DNA from: a virus
Reading direction: 5' to 3' (one strand)
IMG/VR virus record: IMGVR_UViG_3300033545_000002
Location: 464-64,463 of that record
DNA length: 64,000 nt
Under the pieces are notes generated by a model. That model was given only the letters and a program-made list of their open reading frames with translations, was not told the DNA's origin and did no database searches. Shown here piece after piece: positions 47,393 through 57,282 of the stretch (its first letter is position 1; every line of letters begins with the position of its first letter). The position numbers and the translations under genes are program-made.

Positions 47393-48841
47393 TTAGTTGG
47401 TAGACTGTTTCGTCAAAAGGCCCAGTGCGGTCGGGCGGTGGAATTCGATTCCGTAGGTAGTGGAAACGTACACATTCAACGTACGGCCACCCTGTTTCCT
47501 GAAATCGAACTGCCAGATATTGTCTACCATTGCGGGTTCGGCACCTTCCAGATAGCAGAAGGTAATGAACGGAATGGTATTCCCGGCCTGATCCTTGAAT
47601 TTGGCCAAAGGCATCATCAGGGCGAAATATTCCAGGATATTACCATACCGACGGTGATCCAGAATGTCGATCATGTACGGGGTAAACTTGTATCCGAAGG
47701 CTTCGAAGTTCTTGAAGTCGAAGTAGGTGAAATCCCTTGCTCCTGTTCCGCCGGGGCCAAACAGTTCATAGACATAGTTCTGACCGGATGCGGCAATCAT
47801 CAAACCGATGCTTTCCGACCAATCTTCCCAAAAGCCAAAGTCGTGAATCAGCATGTATTCGTTACAGCCATTCACCCGGCGAAGGGTCTTGATCATCCCG
47901 AAAAGGATCTGTTTCAGAGAAACGCTGGAAAAAATATCATACCCGGCATTGAACATGCCGTAAGTTGTAGCTATAGGAACAAGTCCGTCCATGCCCTTCG
48001 CGTTGCCGTAGTCCCTTTGACCAAACAGCAAGTTGATGTTCATGTTATCCTTGATGAACGCTTCGCATTGGCCATGAAGAGCAGGGATGTAGAAGAAATC
48101 CACCGCTTCCCCACGCGTATTCAGACCCTTGATGACTTTGAAGTCCCGGTCATACACGTAGTTGTTGATTTCCGACTGATCCACGAAGAACCCTTTTTCA
48201 AAGGTCTGGGCATACGCCTTGTACATCGTCGGAGGGTTCAAAACGAGACCTTCCGTAATGATATTGTTCGTATCCAGCATGGTATAATGCCGGAGCGGAT
48301 CGATGATGATTGTGTATCGGGAATAAGCGGAAAAGTTGATCGATTGGCCGTTGATCGGCGTGAAGGTGACGACGTTGGTCGTCTTATTGACGGCAGTGAT
48401 AAAGACTTTCTGCCGGTTAAGTTCCTTGATATAAGCGTAATAACCTTCTATGGGTTTGGTGTAGTTTCCAACTTGGCTAGACGAAAGCGCATCAATAGTG
48501 CCGGTCACCGGAGCGCCGGGAGCGCCTACATTGCTATTCCCGTCTATTACAAAGGTCAGCGTATCGTAGGAATCGTATTCCAGCCAATAAAACTGATTGG
48601 CCGGAACGGTCCGATTTTCGGAACCAAACGCGGCCATCATCTGCGAAAACAACGCTTCCGGGCTTCTCTCATCGTAGGGCATGATTACCTGAGCGCCAGA
48701 ACCGCCCCTCAACTGCCGGATGGCAGGTAATAGAGCGGCTTGCTTTAGGGAGTCATACATGACTAGCGGTGTTTGACCCGCGATTACCTGATCTATCGAA
48801 AAGTTCCCAGCATCGCACTGGAAAGTGTTAAGATTCGCCAT
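47393..48841 (-). CDS. Major capsid protein (HK97-fold, crAss-like)
   Basis: Follows the scaffold gene; GMDGLV segment and C-terminal YGIEFHRPTALGLLT; strongly biased codon usage. Confidence 0.8.
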   Translation of the reverse strand: MANLNTFQCDAGNFSIDQVIAGQTPLVMYDSLKQAALLPAIRQLRGGSGAQVIMPYDERSPEALFSQMMAAFGSENRTVPANQFYWLEYDSYDTLTFVIDGNSNVGAPGAPVTGTIDALSSSQVGNYTKPIEGYYAYIKELNRQKVFITAVNKTTNVVTFTPINGQSINFSAYSRYTIIIDPLRHYTMLDTNNIITEGLVLNPPTMYKAYAQTFEKGFFVDQSEINNYVYDRDFKVIKGLNTRGEAVDFFYIPALHGQCEAFIKDNMNINLLFGQRDYGNAKGMDGLVPIATTYGMFNAGYDIFSSVSLKQILFGMIKTLRRVNGCNEYMLIHDFGFWEDWSESIGLMIAASGQNYVYELFGPGGTGARDFTYFDFKNFEAFGYKFTPYMIDILDHRRYGNILEYFALMMPLAKFKDQAGNTIPFITFCYLEGAEPAMVDNIWQFDFRKQGGRTLNVYVSTTYGIEFHRPTALGLLTKQSTN

Positions 48842-48860
48842 AAATTGTTTTATTTAAAAA

Positions 48861-49937
48861 CTACTTCTTTCCTTGTAAAGAATCCATCACTTGCTGCTGT
48901 GCGCTTCCTTTGTCTGCCCCGCCGGTTACTTTCGGATCTTGTAACAATGGGAATGGATTTTTAGCCCCGACCGATCCTCTTTTGTAACCTTTTTCATCAC
49001 CTCTTTTCAGGAACGTTTCAGCTATTTTTTGCAGTCCGGTTTCTCGTTGTGTAGACCAAATTTCGGCTTCCGCTTCTCTTTTGGCTATCTCTCCCAACTG
49101 CTTCAAATCACCCTTTTTGTATAACTGGAAGGTGCTGGCGTTCCTCATTTTCTTATCGACCTTCGCGTAAATTTCTTTGCGCTGGTCGTCCGTCAAGTCA
49201 ATTTCCACCGGCACTGTATCCTCTCCGTCTTTGGTTTCGAACAGCTTGACTTTAGCCGGGATGTTCTCCTGAATGAATCCGGCCATCTTTTTGTTGTAGT
49301 CCGGGAGGTCATTCTTTATCGACCGATCTTCGTCAAATTCTGTTTTTACCCTTGTATAAGAACTTTCCAGCGGGGAGCGCATTTCAGTCGCCTCTTTCGT
49401 TATTTTTGCTAGTCCCCTAGCCTTTGTTTTTTCGTTCGTGCTGTTCAGATGATACTCGGACTCAAAATCTTCTTTTGCCCTTGTTTCCACATCTGCCGGA
49501 TCAACATCCGGATTTTCTGCTTTCCAGGCCGGGAGCCAGCTTTCGTAAACGGCGGTCCTGTCATCCTTTTGTTTCAGCGTTTCCAGTTTCGTAAATTCGT
49601 CGGGTTTCATCAGACCTTGCTCCACAGCGTATTTCTGCATTTCTACCCGGTATAGGTTTTCCCTTTTTTCTATTTCTTCTGAGCTTTCTAACTTGTCCTC
49701 TTTGGGCTTCAAACGCTCCTTCAGGGCGTCCAAGCTCTCTAATCCCAACTCTTCGAGTAATCCCTTGTATGGGTCAACTACGGGAGCATCTTCTTTCTTC
49801 TCGGTATTCGCGCCGCCTGCGGGAGCTACTACTGGTTCGACCTTCTTTTCTTCTGGATTTTTGACCTCGGTAGTTTCTTTTATTTTGGCGGCATGTTGGG
49901 TGACTATATCGTTCACCGTTAAAGTTTCATCTGCCAT
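48861..49937 (-). CDS. Capsid scaffolding protein
   Basis: Highly charged E/K/D coiled-coil protein directly upstream of MCP; start MADETL at 49937. Confidence 0.65.
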   Translation of the reverse strand: MADETLTVNDIVTQHAAKIKETTEVKNPEEKKVEPVVAPAGGANTEKKEDAPVVDPYKGLLEELGLESLDALKERLKPKEDKLESSEEIEKRENLYRVEMQKYAVEQGLMKPDEFTKLETLKQKDDRTAVYESWLPAWKAENPDVDPADVETRAKEDFESEYHLNSTNEKTKARGLAKITKEATEMRSPLESSYTRVKTEFDEDRSIKNDLPDYNKKMAGFIQENIPAKVKLFETKDGEDTVPVEIDLTDDQRKEIYAKVDKKMRNASTFQLYKKGDLKQLGEIAKREAEAEIWSTQRETGLQKIAETFLKRGDEKGYKRGSVGAKNPFPLLQDPKVTGGADKGSAQQQVMDSLQGKK

Positions 49938-50037
49938 GTAAAACGCTTTATAGTAGTAAAATAAAGGGTGTTTTATTAATAATTTGTATGTTTGTGGCAA
50001 CAAAACCCATTATTTTTAATTTCAACTCCAAAAATCT

Positions 50038-50346
50038 ATGCCTAGAAACAACCGTATTGTTGAAATTTATAAAGGCATTATCATCCGAGAAAGCAATATT
50101 TACAGTCAACGTTTCAATGCGGTGCAGTACAAAATGCTAATACTGGACTCGGAAAGGACCGGTTTGCCAATAAGCCAAATTTTATCACTAAGCTCTAAGC
50201 CATGTGAAAAATGCGTTAATATAGATGTGATAGCCTATAATCAAGATTCACAAAAAGTATCTATCAAAAGAGGGATATTATACGACAACGGAAAGCAGCG
50301 AAGTGGAGTTTCAATCATAAAACAAGCTCATGCAAAAACCAAATGA
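50038..50346 (+). CDS. Hypothetical protein on the opposite strand
   Basis: 102 aa; TATGTTTG element at 49987-94 upstream. Confidence 0.55.
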   Translation: MPRNNRIVEIYKGIIIRESNIYSQRFNAVQYKMLILDSERTGLPISQILSLSSKPCEKCVNIDVIAYNQDSQKVSIKRGILYDNGKQRSGVSIIKQAHAKTK

Positions 50347-51049
50347 TTCAATTATTCTCGCCCAAAAGATGCTTCTTGATTTGGAGAAAAATTATCTTCC
50401 TGATCTAGAACTTATAAACCTTCACACAATCTTTCGTCCTGTATACAAACATAATCTTACCATATTAAATCAGAATGCTATTGTCGCTTTCGTAATATTC
50501 GCATATTCTGAAGAAAGTCCTTGGTTAAACCCCCGTCAAGATCGTTTGGCGAATAAGAAATACATTTTATCGGGTATCAGCGTAGATCCCTCCCATAGGA
50601 TTTACAAAGAAATTATCGAATATCAAAATGACGCCATACAGGAAGTCATTCTTAATTACTTACTTTTCTGCACCGATTCCAGATGGCGGGAAATTATTTC
50701 TTTATTGGAGTACCATGATAAAATGTTCCTATTCTGTAATCAACGAACTTCCGACAAGCAAAAAACCGGCACTTCTGTAGCCGAGGGAGGGGCGATAACT
50801 GAAACTTTTGAATATATCGATCAAATAGATGTAGCCAAAATAAATAAAGAGAAAGGAGAGTTGATGATTAAAGCCATTGAAGCCAGGCAAAAAGCTGAAA
50901 CACTTCTCAAGACATTAGAAAGTGATTATCAAAAAACCGATTCGGCAACGCAGTCTGATTTTGGTTTTCAATTTTCCGATGTCCGCAAGTACGATCCCCT
51001 AAAATGGGAAGATCGTATCCGTCGTAGACATCAGGAAAATAAATCTTAG
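50330..51049 (+). CDS. Hypothetical protein on the opposite strand
   Basis: 239 aa clean ORF converging on the portal gene with a 4-nt overlap. Confidence 0.7.
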   Translation: MQKPNDSIILAQKMLLDLEKNYLPDLELINLHTIFRPVYKHNLTILNQNAIVAFVIFAYSEESPWLNPRQDRLANKKYILSGISVDPSHRIYKEIIEYQNDAIQEVILNYLLFCTDSRWREIISLLEYHDKMFLFCNQRTSDKQKTGTSVAEGGAITETFEYIDQIDVAKINKEKGELMIKAIEARQKAETLLKTLESDYQKTDSATQSDFGFQFSDVRKYDPLKWEDRIRRRHQENKS

Positions 51050-53568
51050 ACCGACGCCGGTTGCAATGCATCAGCCGTCTCGTTCTGTCGCTGTAATTGG
51101 GCCTTGTTGTTATCTGCGGAAATTTTATTATTCTTAAGTTGTTCTTTCTGAGTGGCCATTGTCTGAGCCTTTAATTTATTTTCCAGATCCAACAACCTAG
51201 CATCTATACTTCCCTGATTGTTTTGGTTTTGGTCCTTTCCGTCTGCTTTTGCTTTTTGAAGGGCTTGTGCTATTTTTAGATCAGCATCTTTCTGCTCCAT
51301 TATCTGTTGGTGCTGTAGCTCGGCTTGTGCCGCGGCCTCCTTCTTTTTCTTAGTGAGCGACATTCTCATCAGACAGAACGATTCCTTCCAGTTGTCAGCC
51401 CCCAATAGCAAATATAAAATATCTTCATCTAACTTTCCTTGTGCTACTAAGTTTTCGGCTAACTTCATAACAAATTCTTTTTTACCAGAATTGTCCACAT
51501 AGTTTATGGACAACCCAACCGACTCGGGAGGCACATCCTCCATCCCTTCAATTAATAATCCGTCTGTCACCCCGAGTATATTTCTAAACTCATCGTAACG
51601 ATCAGTTATTCCCAATTCCTTCGATTCTTCGCCACACATCAAAATGTATCGAACAAATCTTTCAGCGGTGGCCTTCACGATAAATTCATAAGCCTTCTGT
51701 AAGAACCATTTAGAATTGTCGCTACCTTTAACGGCCTCTTGAATTCCGGTTGTAGTTACGCGAGGCTTTGCCGCGTTGGGATCATTCCCGAGTGCAATAT
51801 TAAGTTGACTATAAAGATTTACTATTTGTCCGAGAAATTTATCCGCCCTGTCTAACCACCCATTCTTATAAACCAATATCAATTTTTGAGGGTCTATAAT
51901 CTGCTTGCCCTGCTTGTCAACCATTTTTAAAAATCCTTTCCCAGACTGTTTTATCATCCTGAATTGTTCTTGAGCGGCCTCTACTTCGTTCCCACCTGTC
52001 GGTTCTGTTCCTTCACCAGGATTAATGGCGTTTTCCTCATCGACTGAGGCCAATAATCCACCCATCAATTCATCTGAAAGTATTGTAGCGTCAATATCGT
52101 TAACTAAACAGTTTTGATAAGAATTCCATGCGAAATTTATCTTTCCCATGTACGCCTGTACAATATCGGTAGTGGATGCCTGTTTAGAGTTGTCGTAAAT
52201 AACAAGTGGACATTTCGAGTATCGCCCATCCTCTCCGGTCCTAAATTGATCTTGATTTTTTCTTATATCGAAAATAAAGTTAGCCTGCCATGCATAGTCA
52301 GCATTGGATAACTGGGCATCGGTCGGGGGTATATAATAAAAACTACGCCAAACGTTGTAATTTTTTTCTTTTCGCTGTATTTCATATTGATTTTTGACAT
52401 AGACATCCCATGTCATTCCCGTTCGTTCGTAGTTTGGCCAATTGGCAACCACCTCATCCATGTTTATTTCATAGTCCTGAGACAAAACACCACATCTGCC
52501 TATTCTAATCATAGCATCATCTCTTATTCGATTGGGTCTTTCTACGTTTTCAATCCAATCAATACCATGACTAGTCCCTTGACTTTTATTCCAAAGGAAA
52601 ACTTCTTTTAGCTTTTCCGGCTTCAATCCGAATCCGCATGTTTTTACAAAGTCAGCAAAAGTTATCTCATATTCAATGAAATAATACTGAATATCTTCAC
52701 CATCTTTTCTTCGAAATGGGCTGATAAATAAAATGGCCGGATCAAATCCCTCTATCACTGGCCGTCCGGTTATCCTGTCGGTATACCATTCTAAACATTC
52801 TTTATTAAAGTGCCTGAGATTATCAAAGACTTCATCCGCCCATCGATCATCCCAGCGGTTGAGTTTGAACATATAGTAATCGATGCCTTTTTCAATAGCC
52901 TGTTCATAATCCCCCTTATAGACCATTTCGTTATAAAGCATCAAATCTTCATTGCTCTCGATTTTGTTTTTTATTAGGTCGGAAAATTTTGAAACTACGT
53001 CGTTACCCATCTCCTTTCCGTCGTTTCCTTTTTGTTGGTGTTCTGAAAAGTTTTTGATCCACTTGTATGGATCTTGACTTTCGGAGATGCCTGGGATACC
53101 CAACTCTTTACAAAAGTCATTGATGATCCAACGAACTTGACGGCTATAAAGGGCCTTATAGCTGTCTCTCATCTTACGTGTCTTAGAGTATTTATCGGTA
53201 AAATTGGCTTCTATCTGTTTGCCCATGCGCTGAATTTCGGCCCGCATGTTATTGAGTAAGTGAATATAGACCGGATTGGCTTTTCGATCAGCGGTTACAT
53301 AGGTGGCAAGTCCGCCGCCGCCTTCGGGAGTTATGGGATCAAACATTTGATCCATTTCTTTTTCATCAATCTCTAGCAAATCTGTCTTTCTGTATTTTAT
53401 CGCCCGCTTGGGATCAAGAAACCTCTTACAATTTTTCTTTGCAAAATAAATTACCTGAGCCGCCCAGACCTCATTCTTAAGGTCAATCGGGAAATACGAT
53501 AAATCACTGAAAAAATTGGTCCTATCTTTAAGGGAGGGCTTTTTCGAGTCTTTTTTCTCCTTGGCCAT
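51046..53568 (-). CDS. Portal protein
   Basis: 840 aa between the terminase region and the scaffold/MCP genes; long C-terminal Q/K/A coiled coil (barrel) as in podovirus portals. Confidence 0.8.
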   Translation of the reverse strand: MAKEKKDSKKPSLKDRTNFFSDLSYFPIDLKNEVWAAQVIYFAKKNCKRFLDPKRAIKYRKTDLLEIDEKEMDQMFDPITPEGGGGLATYVTADRKANPVYIHLLNNMRAEIQRMGKQIEANFTDKYSKTRKMRDSYKALYSRQVRWIINDFCKELGIPGISESQDPYKWIKNFSEHQQKGNDGKEMGNDVVSKFSDLIKNKIESNEDLMLYNEMVYKGDYEQAIEKGIDYYMFKLNRWDDRWADEVFDNLRHFNKECLEWYTDRITGRPVIEGFDPAILFISPFRRKDGEDIQYYFIEYEITFADFVKTCGFGLKPEKLKEVFLWNKSQGTSHGIDWIENVERPNRIRDDAMIRIGRCGVLSQDYEINMDEVVANWPNYERTGMTWDVYVKNQYEIQRKEKNYNVWRSFYYIPPTDAQLSNADYAWQANFIFDIRKNQDQFRTGEDGRYSKCPLVIYDNSKQASTTDIVQAYMGKINFAWNSYQNCLVNDIDATILSDELMGGLLASVDEENAINPGEGTEPTGGNEVEAAQEQFRMIKQSGKGFLKMVDKQGKQIIDPQKLILVYKNGWLDRADKFLGQIVNLYSQLNIALGNDPNAAKPRVTTTGIQEAVKGSDNSKWFLQKAYEFIVKATAERFVRYILMCGEESKELGITDRYDEFRNILGVTDGLLIEGMEDVPPESVGLSINYVDNSGKKEFVMKLAENLVAQGKLDEDILYLLLGADNWKESFCLMRMSLTKKKKEAAAQAELQHQQIMEQKDADLKIAQALQKAKADGKDQNQNNQGSIDARLLDLENKLKAQTMATQKEQLKNNKISADNNKAQLQRQNETADALQPASV

Positions 53569-53578
53569 TTACAGAATT

Positions 53579-53597
53579 TCTATAAAACTAGCAAATA
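53579..53597 (-). promoter_or_regulatory. Candidate phage late-promoter motif
   Basis: TATTTGCTAGTTTTATAGA upstream of the portal ATG. Confidence 0.4.
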
Positions 53598-53619
53598 TTT
53601 CTATTTTCTGCGGAAAAAT

Positions 53620-54036
53620 TCAGTTTAGCAGCAACCCAGCGTTTTCTACAAGAAGGAGTTCGGCGGCATCGTAGTTGTTGGAGTAGTGGTCTTTTAGCCG
53701 TTCAAAAAGCTGCATAAACCAGTTGAAATAGTAGGAGCCATACCAATTTTCTTGAATGAACTTCGCGGCATCTAAGGCAAGATCATTATCGTTTCGCAGG
53801 TCATAAAATCGCATCAGCCATGACTTGTAATCCTTTGATACTTCTATATACGTGATGTATCGACCGCAGACGCATATCTGGATAGCATAGGGCAAATTTC
53901 CGTTCTCCAATTCAACCATAAAGCCGTCAAAATAAGATTGACTTATCAGCATTAGATTATGAGAGACGGAACGAGAATCGGTCGCCTCACCAATTAATCC
54001 GCTTTCGTTGATCTTATTTACAAGAAATTTCGTCAT
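53620..54036 (-). CDS. Hypothetical protein
   Basis: 138 aa aromatic-rich ORF. Confidence 0.6.
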   Translation of the reverse strand: MTKFLVNKINESGLIGEATDSRSVSHNLMLISQSYFDGFMVELENGNLPYAIQICVCGRYITYIEVSKDYKSWLMRFYDLRNDNDLALDAAKFIQENWYGSYYFNWFMQLFERLKDHYSNNYDAAELLLVENAGLLLN

Positions 54037-54757
54037 CAGCTAAAAGTATATCCCCTTTAAATGCGACGGCAATACGATACGCCGCTATTTCTCTGTCGAA
54101 CCAATCGTCCTTTTTCAAAAAAATTGCCTGCCCGCATTTGAAAATACAATCTTCAGGAACGGCAATCACTTTTCTGACTACGACTGGATTTGTTTCCCTC
54201 ATTGCTTCCCCTCTTGCACTTACTATTTTTAGGTAATCTGGTTTGTACTCCATAAAAACATATGGGTCGAACGGAATCAATTCCTCCCCTCTCACAATCC
54301 CCAATATCCTGGATATATGATTATAATCTCCTTTTACCCATGCTCTCCTTCCATTAATAAGGGGTGAGTTTGTATCATGGTAGGTCGTGTGCGCCACTAT
54401 AGAAATCAATTGGTCCTTTTTTACAAAACCTATGCAGTCGTCGGTCAAATTAGACACGAGATAATCCAGAATAAGTGTGTCCCCTACTTCTACATCATGC
54501 ACACTTATCCCCACAGCTATGCACTCTCCTACACAAACGTTTTGTTGAAATCTTCGCTCGTACCCCTCCTCAAAATGGATCGGCTCGAAGAATAATCTTT
54601 TCTTCGTCCCATCTTCTAGGACAATTTCCTTGCTGATCAAATCCTGAATCTGCTGTTGTGTGATCCGGATAAGTACACGGTCTGGAGCCGGGATGATAGA
54701 TAGCCGATCATAGAAATGGTTAACCCTATCGAATACGCTTCTTTTATTTTTTCCCAT
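54014..54757 (-). CDS. GroES-like protein, apparently two tandem domains
   Basis: IPAPDRVLIR...GECIAVG...VEVGDTLI and a second unit IPFDPYVFM...KVIAVP...KCGQAIF. Confidence 0.6.
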   Translation of the reverse strand: MGKNKRSVFDRVNHFYDRLSIIPAPDRVLIRITQQQIQDLISKEIVLEDGTKKRLFFEPIHFEEGYERRFQQNVCVGECIAVGISVHDVEVGDTLILDYLVSNLTDDCIGFVKKDQLISIVAHTTYHDTNSPLINGRRAWVKGDYNHISRILGIVRGEELIPFDPYVFMEYKPDYLKIVSARGEAMRETNPVVVRKVIAVPEDCIFKCGQAIFLKKDDWFDREIAAYRIAVAFKGDILLADDEISCK

Positions 54758-55040
54758 CTGTCACGAATTTGCAAAGAATGTTCTGATGATTTATGGTAAA
54801 ATAAACCTTCCCATCCTCTTCTATTTTAGTGCTTGCGGCCCGATAAAATGACACAAAGTCCCCCTTTTTCCAGAACTTCACATCGTCGCCGACCGCAAAT
54901 ATAGTTCCCCGATTCTGGGCTTTTTTTTCGTTCTCTTTTTGAATATCCGACTTGACTATTTTTGTTTCTCCTAAATCAATTTCATCCTCTAATTTTTCAG
55001 GGATGATTAACACTAAGTCTAAGTTTGGAACCGGGATCAT
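54744..55040 (-). CDS. GroES/Cpn10-like co-chaperonin
   Basis: IPVPNLDLVLI...RGTIFAVGDDV...KKGDFVSF...NIL. Confidence 0.8.
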   Translation of the reverse strand: MIPVPNLDLVLIIPEKLEDEIDLGETKIVKSDIQKENEKKAQNRGTIFAVGDDVKFWKKGDFVSFYRAASTKIEEDGKVYFTINHQNILCKFVTDGKK

Positions 55041-55064
55041 ATATTTATTTTTGTTTTTTATTTA

Positions 55065-57071
55065 TCATCTGACCGGAGGGAACACAGATTGAGACGCTTT
55101 TAGCATCCGTTGTACGCTGTTGTCTGTAGTGTTTGTAAATACAAGTTGATCGGCTCCATATTCACACATGATTGTCGCCATCGTTACGTGGGAATTTTGA
55201 GAATTGGCAATGTCAAAGTTAATGAAATCCAAAAGCCCATCTTCAAAAGGATAGCACTCTACCTGATCTTTATCTTCCTCCGGATTTTTTGGAGCGGCAA
55301 ATTTAGTGGCCAACCGCTGAACGCCATTCTCGGTTGTCTTATCTGTCGTGTGCATCCCGAAAATTCCTTTCTTGTCAGTCAATAAGAAATCTTCCATCCC
55401 GTTATCTATAAAGACATCATCGGTATCCCCTACGTTTCTTTCCACTTTTATCGGAGCGCCGTAATACCTACAGGCTTTTACCGCTTCGAAGTGTGCGTCT
55501 TTTGGATCATCTGGCCTATGCAACATCAACGCACAATACTCATTTACAACTCCACTGCCAAAATAATCAAACTTTTTCCAGACAACCAAGCAGGCTAATG
55601 ACAAGTTTTTGCTTGTAGTGTTTTTCTTCTTAAACTTTATGGGGTCGTACCCAATTACAAATTCAGGATTGGTAGGTTTCAAATACTGACCTTTTACACT
55701 GCTCCGCCATCTATTTCTAGTATCAATATTCCGTTCTGCCGAAAAAAATGGGTGGATAGCGATCAACCATATCCCACCTTCATCTGGTTCAAATGAAACT
55801 CGCCCTTTCATATCCGGCATACTAAAGTTGCCTCTTACATACGGTTTTTTGTCTCTCGGCAAAAGGTTCAGTGCGTCAAGTCTATCTTGCATCCTTAATG
55901 CCGGTAGATAATCCTTGCTCGTCGCTGCCAGCAATCCGTGTTTCCTTATCAATGGCAACCGGCGCATTTCAAAGATTCTCGCTTTGGAATTAGCCGGATG
56001 TTTATTAACTTCCCCTTTTACATAGGCTTCGGCGCTATCCTTGTTTATTTTTCCGAACTTTGTATAAGCTGGGTCGCGGTGTTCCTCTGGAATATCCGCT
56101 GAATGAATGGCGCTAATAAACCATTCGTAAAGTCCGCTAGTCGTTCTACCGTTGGCATCCCTTATCTTTGGATTACTATCATAGACTATTTTGCACCCTT
56201 CTTTAACGGACTGGGCAACGTCGTCTGAATCTCCCATCGTGGAAAGCACATCGACCTTTCCTTTGATCCCATATTCCACCACGCATTTTTTGTTGACCCC
56301 AAGCGTTTCTTCAATGGATGCCTCCGTCCATTTAAAGGCTTCGTCCATTATAATCAGCTTCTTCTTGTAGGTGTCTACCGCATGGGCAACGGTGGGATAG
56401 GCCATAACAGTACCCTTCAAATAATCGTCAGGCACATCGTTTAAAACATCAACCTTATTATTGACAAGCTCTAAGGCATTCCTCGGCTTTTTCCCGTTGG
56501 GCGCATAGAACATCCCTCGCATCCAGCGGGGCCTTTCCATGTACGAATCAATGATTGGTCGCAAAAGCGATTGGATGCATTTCGGGTGATCAGTGCTTTG
56601 TAGTGCAATCTTGTGGTTTTCATCTTCAATAAGGGTATATATTGCTTCCTCTAATTCCTCCGTTGTGATTCCGCACCGCCTGCACTTTAAAATCGCTTTG
56701 CCGTAACAATAAGGGTCTTTCCGCACCAAGTCCCGGAAGTAAAAGTCAAACCGCTGCTGCTCCAAATATTGAGCATACCCAAACTCCCATTTAGACATCT
56801 GCATGAAGTCCCAATGCATTCCTGTTATCCAAATCAACTCACCGCCAATGAACATCCACATCCCGTTATAGAAGTAGTCGTCCATTTTTTCGATGTACTC
56901 TCCCCTCTCTCTTACCGTCATCCTCTTTACGTCTCTTATCTCCGGCCGCCGCCATATCTGGTCCTCTTTTTTCTTATCGTAGTTCAGAATTAGCTTTTCG
57001 TCTCTGGGCTCAGGCGGCAAAGAATATTCGTATAAGCCGTCCATTAACTGTATAATATTCCCTTTAGCCAT
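55065..57071 (-). CDS. terL: Terminase large subunit
   Basis: Walker A-like LKCRRCGITT, Walker B IIMDEAFK, nuclease motif VIGYDPI; start MAKGN at 57071. Confidence 0.9.
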   Translation of the reverse strand: MAKGNIIQLMDGLYEYSLPPEPRDEKLILNYDKKKEDQIWRRPEIRDVKRMTVRERGEYIEKMDDYFYNGMWMFIGGELIWITGMHWDFMQMSKWEFGYAQYLEQQRFDFYFRDLVRKDPYCYGKAILKCRRCGITTEELEEAIYTLIEDENHKIALQSTDHPKCIQSLLRPIIDSYMERPRWMRGMFYAPNGKKPRNALELVNNKVDVLNDVPDDYLKGTVMAYPTVAHAVDTYKKKLIIMDEAFKWTEASIEETLGVNKKCVVEYGIKGKVDVLSTMGDSDDVAQSVKEGCKIVYDSNPKIRDANGRTTSGLYEWFISAIHSADIPEEHRDPAYTKFGKINKDSAEAYVKGEVNKHPANSKARIFEMRRLPLIRKHGLLAATSKDYLPALRMQDRLDALNLLPRDKKPYVRGNFSMPDMKGRVSFEPDEGGIWLIAIHPFFSAERNIDTRNRWRSSVKGQYLKPTNPEFVIGYDPIKFKKKNTTSKNLSLACLVVWKKFDYFGSGVVNEYCALMLHRPDDPKDAHFEAVKACRYYGAPIKVERNVGDTDDVFIDNGMEDFLLTDKKGIFGMHTTDKTTENGVQRLATKFAAPKNPEEDKDQVECYPFEDGLLDFINFDIANSQNSHVTMATIMCEYGADQLVFTNTTDNSVQRMLKASQSVFPPVR

Positions 57072-57258
57072 TATGCAATTTATAGAATTCAAGGGCTTTC
57101 CCAATCAATTCCCTTCTATTAGAATGCCAGTTAGCCATGTACTCTGATTTGCAGGTCCGGCAATAAGCCTGTTTTTTAGCCAATAACTCAGGTTCTATAG
57201 GATGCCCGCAGTTAGAGCAATCAGCTTTCCGATGTCCTTTTTTTGACCTGATTATCAT
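57064..57258 (-). CDS. Small zinc-finger protein
   Basis: CSNC...CRTC; start at 57258 (alternative 57291). Confidence 0.6.
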   Translation of the reverse strand: MIIRSKKGHRKADCSNCGHPIEPELLAKKQAYCRTCKSEYMANWHSNRRELIGKALEFYKLHNG

Positions 57259-57282
57259 TTTAACTTCTACTAGACGTTCTTT

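Noticed and set aside
47438-48730. 430-aa ORF antisense to the major capsid gene
   Set aside because: Shadow frame: fully overlaps MCP on the opposite strand, is explained by the strong codon bias of MCP, and has no recognisable motifs.
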